From Alphaproteobacteria bacterium (GTDB lineage Bacteria; Pseudomonadota; Alphaproteobacteria; UBA828): DNA of 64,000 nucleotides. The stretch covers positions 608,001 through 672,000 of the forward strand of contig CBDCRW010000004.1 of the NCBI GenBank assembly GCA_965221125.1, in the 5' to 3' direction. Positions 9,901 to 22,222 of the stretch are shown piece after piece. A program made the position numbers and the translations under genes. The first letter of the stretch is position 1. Each line of letters opens with the position of its first letter. Under the pieces are notes generated by a model, which searched no databases, was not told where the DNA came from, and saw nothing but the letters and a program-made list of their open reading frames with translations.

Positions 9901-12071
9901 CGGTGGGCCAGAGCGGGGACTTCGCGGCTGCCGGCGAGACCGGCGCCAGGGAGGTGACCGTTCCGACCGGGGGCAGTGCAGCCTTCGAGGTCGCGACGGC
10001 GGACGACAGCGCGGACGAGCCGGACGGATCGGTGGGCGCGGCCCTGCAGTCCGGAACGGGCTATGCGGTGGCGGATCCGCCGGCAGACGCGGCCACGGTC
10101 GCGGTCTCGGACGACGATGTCGCGGCGACGGGCGTGCCGACGCTCTCGGTGAACGACGTCGAGGTGAAGGAGGGTCCGTACCGGCGGGTCGAGTTCACGG
10201 TGACGCTCAGCAAGGCGTTGGAGAAGGGCGCCTGGTTCTACTACCGGGTGCGGGAGTCGAGCCCGGTGTCGGCGAAGCGGGGCGTGGACTTTTCGGCCTC
10301 TACCGGAAAGAAATTTGCGTCCATAAGGCCGGGCGCGACCGAGCACCGGATCATGGCGGCCCTGGTGATCGACGACAGCCACGACGAGGACCCGGAGACC
10401 TTCGAGATCGTACTCTCGGACGCGAACGGCGTGGCGATCGCGGACGGGGTGGGCGTGGCGACGATCGTCAACGACGACCCGATGCCGGCGGCGTGGCTCG
10501 CGCGGTTCGGTCGCACGGTGGCGGAGCAGGCGCTCGACGGGATTGCCGGGCGCATCGCGGCGCCGCGCGCGGCGGGCATGCAGGGCGCGATTGCCGGGCA
10601 GGCGCTGAGCTTCAATCCTGGATCGGGGTCCCCCGGATCGCAGACCGGCGCGGCGAACGACAACGCGGCCAGTGTCGGCTTCTCCGGCACCGGGCCGCTG
10701 GCGCTGTCCGGCCTCGACGCTCCCGCCGGGCGCTTCGGCCCTGCCGGCCTCGGGGCTGGCTTCGGCCATGGCGTCCACGGTTTCGGCCAGGGCTTCGCGC
10801 AATCCCGTACCATGACGGGGCTGGAGGCGCTGCTGGGCTCGAGCTTCACCGCGACGGGAGAGACCGACGCCACCGGCGGCAGCCTCGCCTTCTGGGGCCT
10901 CGCGGCGCAGTCGAGCTTCGACGGCCGCGAGGGGACGTTCTCGCTCGACGGCGAGACGACGACGGCCATGCTGGGCGCGGACTATGCGCGGGGCAGGTGG
11001 CTGGTCGGGCTCGCGCTGATGCAGAGTTCCGGCGAGGGTGGCTACGCCGACAGGGCTGCCAGCCCCCGCCCCGCTTTGCAGACCTGCCCGGAGGATGCGG
11101 ACGAGAGTCTGTGCAACGGCGCGGTGCGGGAGGGCGACGGCGACGTGGAGGCGTCTCTGACGGCCGCCGTCCCGTACGCGGCCATCCAGTCGTCCGAACG
11201 TCTCAGGCTCTGGGGCGCGGCGGGCTACGGCACCGGCGAGGTGACGCTGAAGCCCGCCATGGGCGGCTCGCTCAAGTCGGACCTCTCCTGGACGATGGCG
11301 GCGGCGGGCGCGCGGAGCGATCTTCTCCAGCCTCCGAAGGAAGGGAGCGGTCCCACGCTCGCGCTGACCGCGGACGCCTTGTGGGCGCGGACCTCGTCGG
11401 AGAAGACGCGAGAGCTGGCGGCGTCGGACTCCGACGTGACCCGGCTGCGGTTGGGTCTGGAAGGCAGCTATCGCATCGCCACCGAGGGCGGCGGCCGGAT
11501 CGTGCCCAGGGTGGAGATCGGCGCGCGCCATGACGGCGGCGACGCGGAGACCGGCTTCGGCGTCGAGCTCGGCGGCGGCATCGCCTGGACCGATCCGGCG
11601 CTCGGGCTCTCGCTCGACCTCTCGGGCCGGACGCTGATCGCGCACGGCAACGACGATCTGGAAGACCGGGGCTTCGCGGCCTCGCTCGCCTTCGATCCGA
11701 ACCCGGGCACCGAGCGCGGCCTGTCGCTGACGCTCCGCCAGCGGATCGGCGGCCGGGCCGAGGGCGGGCTCGACGCGCTGTTCGCGACCGACCCGCTGGC
11801 CGACCGCACCGGTATCGGCGAGGTGGAGAGCCGATGGCAGGCGGAAGCCGCGTACGGCCTCCCGGCCCTCGCGGGGCGCTTCACCGGCAGCCCGCATGTG
11901 GGGCTCGGGCTCGCCACGGGCGCGCGCGACTACACGCTCGGCTGGCGGCTCTCGCCGGCGGCCAACGCCAACGCGCCCGATCTCTCCTTCGGCGTGAGGG
12001 CGACGCGCCGGGAGAGCGATACGGCGGCGCCGGAACACATCGCCGGGTTCGAGCTTCGCGCCCGCTGGTAA
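6923..12071 (+). CDS. Adhesin A1: Calx-beta/FN3-like passenger plus C-terminal autotransporter-like beta-barrel. Out of frame with ATG 6923 at 17 repeats; main ORF is 7170..12071
   Basis: Signal peptide ending AGAAQA, Calx-beta-like repeats (EG..A.FTV...DD..DE.DG), barrel with a terminal aromatic residue (ELRARW). The start codon is uncertain (6923 vs 7185). Confidence 0.8.
6989..7020 (+). promoter_or_regulatory. Putative promoter P2, TTGACA-N20-TATAAT, cassette 1
   Basis: Perfect consensus hexamers in GC-rich DNA, with an unusually long 20-bp spacer, directly before the repeat tract. Confidence 0.45.
7023..7158 (+). repeat. Simple sequence repeat (GCCGGATC)x17
   Basis: 17 perfect 8-bp units counted directly, starting 100 nt after the SD-linked ATG at 6923. 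Confidence 0.97.
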
Positions 12072-12086
12072 TCGCGACGCCCGGCG

Positions 12087-12790
12087 ATGGCGCGGCAGGT
12101 CCGCGGATGGGACGCCCTGCGGGCCTGGCGCTTCATCCGGGCCAGCAGGGCGTATCGCGACGCCTGGGCGAAGCGCCGCCATCTCTCCGGCCTGCCGGAG
12201 CGGGCGCCGTTCCCGGTGCGCCTCCAGACCGCCGCCGATCTCGCCGCCGCGGCCTGGGGCATGGCGGCATTTGAAGACCCGCATGCGGAACGGCCGCTCG
12301 CGCCCTTCTGGACCCAGGCCGGCGTGATCGACGGCCGGGTGGCGCCGGACGCGCCGCCGCTGGCCCGGCTTGCCGCTGAGGGCGGGGCAACGCTCTCCGG
12401 GCTGCGGCTGGGCGACGGCGCCTTGATGCTCCGGATCGAACGGGAGGGCCGGTCGGTCCAGGTCCGGCTTCCCCGAGGCGCCGGCTTCCCCGAGGATGGC
12501 GGGCTGTTGCTGGTGCGCGAAGTGGCGAGCATCGAGGATGTCTGGCTCGGCGCCCCGGTCCCTCGGCCGGGGCGGGAACGGGGGATGACGGAGACACCGA
12601 ACTTCTGCTGGCGCTGGAAAGCGAGGCGGAAGGACTCACCCGGCGCGAGGTCGCGGTGCGGCTCTGGGGCCGGGAACGGGTTGCGGAGGAGTACCACGAC
12701 GGCAGCTGGATGCATACCCGCGTCAAGCGCCGCCGGTCCCGCGCGAAGGCGATCCTGAAACAGTATCGCGACATGGCGACAGGCAAGTAA
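12087..12790 (+). CDS. FseA-like (DUF6499 + DUF2285) transcriptional activator, copy 1. The C-terminal HTH lies in the -1 frame
   Basis: N-terminal AWRFIRASRAYRDAW and WG..FEDP motifs. The -1 frame reads LLLALESEAEGLTRREVAVRLWGRERVAEEY..RVKRR..YRDM to TAA 12790, which resembles the DUF2285 HTH. Confidence 0.6.
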
Positions 12791-12958
12791 TGCGCGGGCC
12801 GCGCCGCCGCGCGCCGATTGCCGAAATGCCGGGCGTTCGTTTGCCGTCGGCACGGAAACCCGGGCTCGGCCGCCGCGATTCCGCCTCGCGCGCGCCGTAT
12901 CGGGGGCGCCATGCGGCGCGCGGAAGACGCCGATGAGAGGCTGCAGAGGGGCCGAAGG

Positions 12959-13363
12959 ATGAGCGACGACGACCGTGACGACGTCTCCGGCGGCGCGAAT
13001 GCGGCCGAAAAGGCCGGCGAAGTCCGCAAGACACGGGGCATCCCCTTCTCGGGTTCCGAGCGGGAGGAGGTCAAACGCGCCGCCCTGGCCGACGACAAGC
13101 CGGCCGCCGAGTTCGTCCGCGAGCACATCCTCGCGCTCGCGCGGAACCCCGAGGTGGCGGTTCGGGCGCGGACGAGCGTCGAACCGGCCGCGGTTGCGGC
13201 TTCGATGGCGGCGCCGATCGAGCGGGTGTTCCGCTACACCTGGTTCCTGGCGACCGAAAGGCGGGACGCGATGGTCCGCGAAGGACGCGGGGACGAGCTC
13301 GACAGGCTGGTCGCCGAGGCCCGGGCGTTCCAGGACGCGCTCGGCCGGGGCGACGCCGACTGA
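12959..13363 (+). CDS. RHH protein copy 2 (substitutions in the predicted DNA-binding strand)
   Basis: Paralog of 6298..6702; GIRFSESEW has become GIPFSGSER. Confidence 0.6.
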   Translation: MSDDDRDDVSGGANAAEKAGEVRKTRGIPFSGSEREEVKRAALADDKPAAEFVREHILALARNPEVAVRARTSVEPAAVAASMAAPIERVFRYTWFLATERRDAMVREGRGDELDRLVAEARAFQDALGRGDAD

Positions 13364-13431
13364 GCGAAGCCGGCGGTCGCAGGACCGGTTCCTCGACGAT
13401 CCGCTTGCCGGCTTCCGTTGAAACACCCTGG

Positions 13432-13607
13432 CCGAGCGAAAGCAGGTCAGGACCACCAACGCCATCGAACGAAGGTTCTGCGGGGTCCGAAGACGAACCC
13501 GGCCCATGGGAGCCTTCCGGGACAAGACCTCCATCGACCGCATCCTCTGCGCGGTCTTCATCCACGGATACAAGTCCCGGGGAATCGCCAGCCCCGTCTC
13601 CCCGACC
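13432..13607 (+). pseudogene. IS256-family transposase C-terminal remnant
   Basis: Translates as ERKQVRTTNAIERRFCGVRRRTRPMGAFRDKTSIDRILCAVF, matching the IS256 C-terminal TN.IER..RRT motif. Confidence 0.7.
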
Positions 13608-13614
13608 ACGGAGT

Positions 13615-13699
13615 TTGCCTTCGCGTTTCGAGTTTGGTACTAGGCGGCCCGAACTGGGAGATGCGCCCTCTCCGGAGGCGCAGAACCCGGTGTTTTTTT
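13615..13699 (+). promoter_or_regulatory. P1 promoter plus leader hairpin/T7 tract, cassette 2
   Basis: TTGCCT-N17-TACTAG; stems actggg/cccggt and tgcgcc/ggcgca; T7 at 13693-13699. Confidence 0.55.
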
Positions 13700-13722
13700 G
13701 TTTGCGGTCCGGGGGGATGACC

Positions 13723-16700
13723 ATGGGTTCAGTGCGGGGAGCGTGGACGGCGATTGCGGTTGCCCTGGACGGGGTTCGAAGTCGGAGGTGTTCGCGCGGG
13801 CACTTGACAAACCCGGACGGTGCAGCTGTTAAAATAAGCCGGGACGCCGGGACGCCGGGACGCCGGGACGCCGGGACGCCTCACCTGCGCTCGCCTGCTG
13901 GTCATGAGGGCGCTCGCATGGCTGTGCCGCACATCTTCTCCGCCTGACCGTTCTGCCGCCAGCCGCGCCGAGCCGCGCCGCATGCGCTCGCCGGGGCGCC
14001 GCCTGCAAGGTGCCCTTTGTTCGTCGGTGCTGTTGCTGCTGACGGCGATTGCCTCCGGCGAGGCCTGGGCGGCACCCTATATCAGTATCGCCGCCTCTCC
14101 CGCCTCGGTGGAGGAAGGCGAGACGATCACGTTCACGATAACCAGAACCGGGTCCACGTCGTCGGCCCTGGAGCAGATCGTGATCCACCTCCCCCAATTT
14201 GGCAGTCCTTTTGTCTGCGACGGCAGCCGGTGCCCGGTCAAGTACGTCCGACCGCTGGATGTCGGCTACGAGTGCGCCATCCTCCCCGGCGTGAGCAATC
14301 ATCGCTGCTTTACCATTCCTGCCGGCAAGAGTTCGATCACCGTCGACGTGCCGACCTACGCCCACACGCTGCATGAGGAGGATGGGCGGGTCGGCTTCTT
14401 CATACGGGGTGGATATCCCGAGTATACCGGGATGAACCATTACTGGATAAAGGGACCCAGCCGCCGCTACGTGACGGTGCGCGACGGGCCGGACGTGACG
14501 CCGGACGTCAAGGCGACGCTGAGCATTCCGGACAACCGCGCGACCGAGGGGGATGCCAGCGATCCGGCAACGGTGGCATTGACGTTGACCGGGTCAGATC
14601 CCACTGCCCTTGTTTCGCCGACAGTGCCTTCAAGCCGGGAATTGATCCGGGGCGAGAGCCTCAAGGTGCCGCTTCAGTTCTCGGGCGGTACGCCCGGAAC
14701 GGACTTCACGCTGTCCCTGTCGGGCAACCCCGCCGGGGTCTCGCTCGATGCGAGCACCGGCACCGTCACCTTCACCGGCCCGTCCAGCGGCAGCAGCGCG
14801 GCCGCCGCGACGCTGATCCTTACTGCCGCGGACGATCCGGATGCGGACGGCGCCACCGTGACCGCGAGTATTGGGCATGTGACCGCCTCGGGCATCCCCG
14901 GGAGCGCCAGCGGCGCACGGAACGGCGACGGACGGATTCTCCTGATCGATCCCGACACCCCGCCGCCGCCGCAAATCAGCATTTCTGGAGGAGCCGATGT
15001 CACCGAAGGCAGCGCGGCCATCTTCACGCTGAACGCCGACCCCGCGCCATCGGATGACATCAGCGTCGAAGTGGAGGTGTCGGACAGCGGCGACTTCGCC
15101 ACCGGCGGACAGGACGGCTCCCGGACGGTCACGATCGGCGCAAGCGGCAGCGCCAGTCTCGAGGTCGCCACCGCGAACGATGGCCGGGACGAGCCCGACG
15201 GCGCGATTACCGCGACGATCGGGAGCGGCGACGGCTACACGGTGGACAGCCGGAGCCACACGGCTTCGGTCGCGGTGGCGGACGATGACGTGCCGGTGGT
15301 GGCCTTTGCCTCGGCCTCGTCGGGCGCGGGGGAAGCCGCGGGCACGCGCAACGTGACGCTCGATCTCGATCCGGCGCCGGGCGCCGGCATCACGCTCGAC
15401 TACAGCGTCGGCGGCACGGCGACCGAGGGCAGCGGCAACGACTTCACCATCGAGAGCTCCGGCACCGTGTCGGTCGCGGCCGGCGCCGCGACGGCGACCA
15501 TCCCGATCGCGATCGTCGACGACGCCAGCAATGAGAGCGCCGAGACCGTGGTGCTGACGCTGACCGACGGCACGGGCTACACGCCGGGCGCCACGAAGGC
15601 CCACACCCTCACCATTACCGACGACGACGCGGCTGTCGTCCCGCCCGGCGTGACGGTCTCGACCGACGCGCTCAGCCTTGCCGAGGGCGGCGCGGCGGGC
15701 AGCTACACGGTGGTGCTGGCGAGCAAGCCGACGGCGGATGTGACGGTGACGGCAACGAGCGGCGATGCGGGCAAGGTGAAGGTCCACGGCCCCGGCGGCA
15801 CGGCGGGCGCGAGCGCCACGCTCACCTTCACCTCGACGACCTGGAACCGGGCGCAGAGCGTGACGGTGACGCCACAGGAGGATGCGGACGCCGACGACGA
15901 GAGCGTCGCCATTACCCATGCCGTCAGCAATACCGGCGGCTATGGCGGGGTGACGGTCGGGTCCGTCACGGTCTCGGTGGACGATGACGAGACGCCGACG
16001 CTTTCGGTCGCGGTCGCGCCGGCGTCCGCGAACGAGGGCGCGGCGGGTGCTAAGGGTTACGCGACGGTGACCTTCGGCCTTGCCCCGACGCGGGCACAGG
16101 CGACGAGCTTCAAGGTGTGCCTGAAGAGCACCGGCACCGCGACCCGGGGCGGCAGCGCGGACTACCTGTTCGTCGGGCCGTCGAGCGACACACCCGTGAG
16201 CCTTTCCAACGACTGCCACAGCTACACGCTGCCCGCGAACGCGGCGAGCGGGCAGGCGCGGCTGCTGATCCGGGGCGACGGCGAGGTCGAGCCCGACGAG
16301 ACGGTGGTGGTGGAACTGCGCGACCCGCCGCAGGGGGTGGCGGTCTCCGGGGCCGCGGGCCTTGCGACCTACACCATCGTCAACGATGACACCGCCCCCA
16401 ATGCCTGCCATGCGGATGTGAAGCCGGACGTGCAGGGCTATGCCGGGGAGACGCACTACGGAACGGCGCACGTGACGCGCTGGATGAAGGTGCTGGCCGC
16501 CTTCGGCGACGACAACGGCCATGCGGCGATGGACGTCGCCGAGGCGAAGCAGATGCGGGACCAGTACTCGCCGGGCCGCTGGAACCCGGTGATAACGGCG
16601 CTCCAGTGCCTGGAGAATGCCGGCACGACCAATACCGGTCCCGAGATCACGGTCACGGGCGGCAGTGGCGTTACCGAGGGCGGCAATGCGGTGTTCACGG

Positions 16701-19594
16701 TTGCGGCCGATCCGGCCCCGGCTTTGAGCCTGGCGGTGACGCTCACCGTCGTCGACGACGCGGTGAGCGATTTCCTCGGCGCAGGCGATGAGGGGACGCA
16801 GACGGTCACCATCCAGGCGGGCCAGTCCTCGGCCACGCTCACGCTCGCCACGGTGAATGACAATGCGGACGAGCCCAATGGCAATGTGTCCGCGACAGTC
16901 GAGGCCGGCGCCGGCTACACGGTCGGCAGCCCGAACGCGGCGACGGTGGCGGTGAGCGACGATGACGATCCGCCGGTCGCGACACCGGTGGTGCGCATCG
17001 CCGGCGGCAGCGGCATCGCCGAGGGCGGCACCGCCAGCTTCACCCTGACCGCCACGCCCGCGCCTGCGGGCGCGATCACGGTCCGGGTGGACGTGACCGA
17101 CAGCGGCAGTTTCGCCGCAGGCGGCCAGACCGGCGCGAGGACGGTGACCGTGGGCACGTCCGGCACGGCAACGCTCGCCGTGGCTACGGCGGACGACGGC
17201 GCGGACGAGGCGAATGGCAGCATCGCGGCCGCGCTCCAGGCTGGCACGGGCTACGCGGTGGCAGCACCGCCCGGAGATACCGCCTCGGTCGCGGTCGCGG
17301 ACAATGACGATCCGGTGGTGAGCATCGCCGCCGGCGCCGGGGTGACGGAAGGAGCCCCGGCCGCGTTCACCCTCACGGCCACGCCTGCGCCGCACGCGGA
17401 CCTGACGGTGAGCCTCGCGGTGACCCAGAGCGGGGACTATGCCGCCCAAGGCCATACCGGCACGAGGAACATCATCATCCCGGCCGGGGGCAGCGCGGCC
17501 TTCGAGGTCGCGACGGTGAACGATACGGCGGACGAGCCCGACGGCTCGGTCACCGCGACCCTTGCCGCCGGCACCGGCTACGCGGTGGCGGCGTCTCCGG
17601 ACGACGCGGCCTCGGTCGCGGTGGCGGACGACGACGTGGCGGCGGCGGGCGTGCCGAGCCTCTCGGTGAACGACGTCGAGGTAAAGGAGGGTCCCTACCG
17701 GCGGGTCGAGTTCACGGTGACGCTCAGCAAGGCGTTGGAGAAGGGCGCCTGGTTCTACTACCGGGTGCGGGAGTCGAGCCCGGTGTCGGCGAAGCGGGGC
17801 GTGGACTTTTCGGCCTCTACCGGAAAGAAGTTTGCGTCCATGAGGCCGGGCGCGACCGAGCACCGGATCATGGCGGCCCTGGTGATCGACGACAGCCACG
17901 ACGAGGACCCGGAGACCTTCGAGATCGTGCTCTCGGACGCGAACGGCGCGGCGATCGCGGATGCCGTGGGCGTGGCGACGATCGTGAACGACGATCCGAT
18001 GCCGGCGGCGTGGCTGGCGCGCTTCGGGCGTACGGTTGCGGAGCAGGCGCTCGACGGCATCGCGGGCCGCATCGCGGCGCCGCGCGAGGCGGGCGCCCGG
18101 GGCACGCTTGCAGGGCAGGCGCTGAGCTTCGGAACGGGCTCGGCGGCTGACGGCGCGGCGAACGATGCCGGATCGTTGTCCGGGGCAGGCAACGCGGCCA
18201 TTGCCGACGCGGGCATCGAAGGCGCCGGGCCGCTGGCGCTGTCCGGCCTCGACGCTCCCGCCGGCCGCTTGGGCACGGTTGGTTTCGGCCATGACGCGGA
18301 CGGCTTCGGCCAGGGATTGGCGCAATCCCGCACCATGACGGGGCTGGAGGCGCTGCTGGGATCGAGCTTCACCGCGACGGGAGAGACCGACGCCACCGGC
18401 GGCAGTCTCGCCTTCTGGGGCCGGGCGGCGCAGTCGAGCTTCGACGGAAGAGAGGGCGCGTTCTCGCTCGACGGCGAGACGACCACCGCCATGCTGGGCG
18501 CGGACTACGCGCGGGGCAGGTGGCTGGTCGGGCTGGCGCTGATGAAGAGTTCCGGCGAGGGCGGCTATGCCGATGCCGGAACGGGGTCCGTGCGCTGTCC
18601 GCAGGACCTGGACGCGGAGACGCGGGAGGTCTTGTGCGCAGGCGCGGTGCGGGAGGGCGACGGCGACGTCGAGGCGTCGCTGACGGCTGCCGTCCCCTAC
18701 GCGGCCATCCAGGCGTCGGAACGGCTCCGGTTCTGGGGCGCGGCGGGCTACGGCACGGGCGAGGTGACGCTGAAGCCGGACGTGGGCGGCTCTCTCAAGT
18801 CGGACATCTCCTGGACGATGGCGGCGGCCGGCGCGCGGAGCGAGCTGCTGCCTCCGCCCAGGGAAGGCTCGGGTCCCACGCTGGCGCTGACGTCGGACGC
18901 GCTGTGGGCGCGGACCTCGTCGGAGAAGACGCACGAGCTTGCGGCGTCGGATTCCGACGTGACGCGGCTCAGGCTCGGTCTGGAGGGCGGCTACGCCATC
19001 GCCACCGAGGGCGGCGGCAGCGTGACGCCCAGGGTGGAAATAGGCGCGCGCCACGACGGCGGCGACGCGGAGACCGGCTTCGGGGTCGAGCTCGGCGGCG
19101 GCATCGCCTGGACCGATCCGGCGATCGGGCTCTCGCTCGACCTGTCGGGCCGGACGCTGATCGCGCACGGCAACGACGACCTGGAGGACCAAGGCTTCGC
19201 GGCCTCGCTGGCCTTCGATCCCGATCCGTCGAGCGAGCGCGGGCTGTCGCTGACGCTGCGCCAGGACTGGGGCGGATCGGCCGAGGGCGGTCTCGACGCG
19301 CTGTTCGCGACCGACCCGCTGGCCGACCGTGCCGGTATCGGCGAGGCGACCAGCCGCTGGCAGGCGGAAGCGGCGTATGGCCTCCCGGCCTTCGGCAACC
19401 GCTTCACCGGGAGCCCGCATGTCGGGCTGGGGCTTGCCACGGGGACGCGCGACTACACGCTCGGCTGGCGGCTCTCGCCTGCGGCCAACGCCAACGCGCC
19501 CGATCTCTCCTTCGGCGTGAAGGCGACAAGGCGGGAGAGCGACACGGCGGCACCGGAGCACACGGTCGGGTTCGAGGCTGTAGCGCGCTGGTGA
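13723..19594 (+). CDS. Adhesin A2: Calx-beta repeat autotransporter-like protein. Out of frame with ATG 13723 at 5 repeats; main ORF is 13904..19594
   Basis: Signal peptide ending GEAWA, multiple Calx-beta-like repeats, C-terminal barrel highly similar to A1/A3 and ending FEAVARW. Confidence 0.8.
13804..13835 (+). promoter_or_regulatory. P2 TTGACA-N20-TAAAAT, cassette 2
   Basis: Hexamers and spacer length are conserved although the spacer sequence has diverged. Confidence 0.45.
13838..13877 (+). repeat. Simple sequence repeat (GCCGGGAC)x5
   Basis: Five perfect 8-bp units, at the same position as the repeats in cassettes 1 and 3 but with a different unit sequence. Confidence 0.95.
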
Positions 19595-19609
19595 TCGCGC
19601 CGCCCGGCG

Positions 19610-19780
19610 ATGGCGCGACAGGTCCGCGGATGGGACGCCCTGCGGGCCTGGCGCTTCATCCGGGCCAGCAGGGCCTGGCGCGACGCCTGGGCGAAGCGCC
19701 GCCATCTCTCCGGCCTGCCGGAGCGCGCGCCGTTCCCGGTGCGCCTCCAGACCGCCGCCGATCTCGCGGCCATGGCGGTA
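19610..19780 (+). pseudogene. Truncated FseA-like gene, copy 2 (5' ~55 codons only)
   Basis: Near-identical to 12087 and 28502 up to DLAAMA, then switches to a traI-3'-end-like sequence. Confidence 0.7.
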
Positions 19781-19900
19781 AGGTCTCGTGGAGACGCAAC
19801 CGGGACGGCAAGGGCCTCGAATCGTGACGATGCCGACTTGCGCCAGCCGTATCCGGGGCGACCGCGAGGCTGGCGGAGGACGCTATGGAGGAGCCGCGGC

Positions 19901-20284
19901 ACGAGCGAAAACGACCGCAACGAGACTTCCGGCGGCGGGAACGCGGCCGACAGGGCGGGCGAGGTCCGCAAGACACGGGGCATCCCCTTCTCGGGTTCCG
20001 AGCGGGAGGAGGTCAAACGCGCCGCCCTGGCCCACGACAAGCCGGCCGCCGAGTTCGTCCGCGAGCGCATCCTCGCGCTCGCGCGTGCGCGGGAGGGTGC
20101 CGAACCCGCCCTGGTTGCGGATGCGCTGACGCCGCTGATCGAGCGGATGTTCCGCTACACCTGGTTCCTGGCGACCGAAAGGCGCGACGCGATGGCCCGC
20201 GAAGGGCGCGGGGACGAGCTCGACAGGCTGGTCGCCGAGGCCCGGGCGTTCCAGGACGCGCTCCGCCGGGGCGACGCCGACTGA
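19901..20284 (+). pseudogene. RHH protein copy 3 (ATG changed to ACG; in-frame fusion to the truncated FseA-like ORF 19610..20284)
   Basis: Paralog of 6298..6702 with ACG at the start-codon position. Confidence 0.6.
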
Positions 20285-20411
20285 GCGAAGCGCGCGCCCG
20301 CCCGGACCGGTACCGGGACAGCGATCCCCAGACCTCCATGGACCGCATCCTCTGCGCGGTCTTCGCCTGAGAAAACACATCCCGGGCAATCACCGCCCCC
20401 GTGCCCCTGAC

Positions 20412-21864
20412 GATCGTGTCCCGAGGAGTGGTGTAAGAGCGTCGCGCTTTACGCGGCATCCGGCGGGTAGGGCCGGGTTATTCAGGCTGCCACAGCGGAC
20501 AGCTTGATCGTGGGATTGTCGCTCAGGGGAGCGATCGATTCCAGCGTCATGTACCTCCTTCCGACGGTCCATTCGTCGTTCTGCTCGAGCAGCACGGCGC
20601 CGACGAGGCGGGTGATGGCGTCCTCGTTGGGGAAGATGCCGACGACGTTGGTGCGTCGCTTGATCTCGCCGTTGACGCGTTCGAGCGGGTTGGTCGAGTG
20701 AAGCTTGACCCGGTGCTCCTTGGGGAAGCTCATGTAGGCGAGGACGTCGTGCTGGGCCTCGTCCATGAGGGCCGCCAGCTTGGAGGCCTTGGGCCTGAGC
20801 TGGTCGGCGATCAGGCGCCACTGGGCGGCAGCGGCCTCGGCATCGTCCTGGGCGAAGGCGGTGGCGACGAAGGCGGAGACGACGCGCCGGCCCTGCTTGC
20901 CGGCATGGGCCAGCAGGTTGCGCATGAAGTGGACGCGGCATCTCTGCCAGGTGGCGCCGAGGATCCGGGTGGTGGCGGCCTTCAGGCCCTTGTGGTCGTC
21001 GGAGATCACCAGCTGCACGCCGCGCAGGCCGCGCCTGGTCAGCGAGCGCAGGAACTCGGTCCAGAAGGTCTCGGCCTCGGAGGCGCCGATCGCCATGCCG
21101 AGGATCTCGCGCCGGCCCTGGTCGTTGACCGCGACGGCCACGGTGACCGCGACCGGGACGATGCGCCCGGCCTCGCGCACCTTCACGTAAGTCGCATCCA
21201 GCCAGAGATAGGGCCAGTCGCCTTCGAGCGGGCGGTCGAGGAAGCTGCGGATCTTGTCGTCTATCTCCCCGCAAAGGCGCGAGACCTGGCTCTTCGATAT
21301 CCCGCTCATGCCCATGGCCTGAACCAGTTCGTCGACCGAGCGGGTCGATACCCCCTGGATGTAGGCCTCCTGGATCACCGCCGTGAGCGCCTTCTCCGCC
21401 GTCCGTCGGGGCTCCAGGAAGCCGGGGAAGTAGCTCCCCTTCCTGAGCTTCGGAATCTTCAGGTCGACCGTGCCGGCCCGGGTCTCCCAAGGCCGATCGC
21501 GGTAGCCGTTGCGCTGGTTGATCCGCTCCGGCGTCCGCGCGCCATGCTCGGCGCCGGTCAGGCCCTCGACTTCCAGCTCCATAAGGCGCTGCGCAGAGAA
21601 GGCGATCATCTCACGCAGCAGATCGGCGTCAGAGCTCTTCTCCAACAGCGTCCGCAGGGTAAGCTTGTCATCGGTCATCGTGGTTCTCCTTAGGCTCGGG
21701 TCGATTCGGATTCACCCAAACCCTAAACCGGAACCGCGATGGCCACCCCGCTGTGGATAACCGGCTTGGCGCCACCAGACTCGAGGGCGGTCGCGGCGCC
21801 AAGCCGGTTACCCACAGCTACCGGGGGTAGCGGGAGCTCCTACACCACGTCTGGGGACACAACC
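20412..21864 (-). mobile_element. IS256-family insertion sequence, 1453 bp
   Basis: Imperfect terminal IRs gatcgtgtcccgaggagtggtgtaagag / ggttgtgtccccagacgtggtgtaggag (rc). 8-bp target duplication CCCCTGAC at 20404-20411 and 21865-21872. Confidence 0.92.
20482..21678 (-). CDS. IS256-family transposase
   Basis: 398 aa; [28 protein letters not shown] and [16 protein letters not shown] motifs. Confidence 0.95.
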   Translation of the reverse strand: MTDDKLTLRTLLEKSSDADLLREMIAFSAQRLMELEVEGLTGAEHGARTPERINQRNGYRDRPWETRAGTVDLKIPKLRKGSYFPGFLEPRRTAEKALTAVIQEAYIQGVSTRSVDELVQAMGMSGISKSQVSRLCGEIDDKIRSFLDRPLEGDWPYLWLDATYVKVREAGRIVPVAVTVAVAVNDQGRREILGMAIGASEAETFWTEFLRSLTRRGLRGVQLVISDDHKGLKAATTRILGATWQRCRVHFMRNLLAHAGKQGRRVVSAFVATAFAQDDAEAAAAQWRLIADQLRPKASKLAALMDEAQHDVLAYMSFPKEHRVKLHSTNPLERVNGEIKRRTNVVGIFPNEDAITRLVGAVLLEQNDEWTVGRRYMTLESIAPLSDNPTIKLSAVAA

Positions 21865-22114
21865 CCCCTGACACATGACTCCTGACGTTATCTGCGCTTC
21901 GTCGCCGCCTGCGTGGCCGGCCGCTGTCGCCAATTTGGCCGGGACCTTTCCGTTCTCCGCCGCGCCGTCGCGATCCGCTGGCTGCGGGTGCGGGTGCGCC
22001 CGCGGCGCTGACAGGTCGTGCGGGACCGGCGGTCGCCGGGCGAATGAGCGGCGCCCGGGGCCGTCATGAGTTGCCAGGGACGGACAGCGGCGCGTGAGCG
22101 TGCGCAAACGGGAT

Positions 22115-22198
22115 TTGCTTTCGCGATTTGGATTTGGTACTTGGCGCGTGGATCGGGTCACAGGCCCTCTTCGGAGGTTCTGTGCCCGGCATTTTTTT
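22115..22198 (+). promoter_or_regulatory. P1 promoter plus leader hairpin/T7 tract, cassette 3
   Basis: TTGCTT-N17-TACTTG; stem cggg-cacag-cctc-TTCG-gagg-ctgtg-cccg followed by T7. Confidence 0.55.
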
Positions 22199-22222
22199 GT
22201 TGAAGTCCGGAGGGGGGCGACC

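Noticed and set aside
19610-20284. 224-aa ORF as a novel fusion regulator
   Set aside because: Best explained as a chance in-frame join of a truncated FseA-like gene, a traI relic and a degenerate RHH copy.
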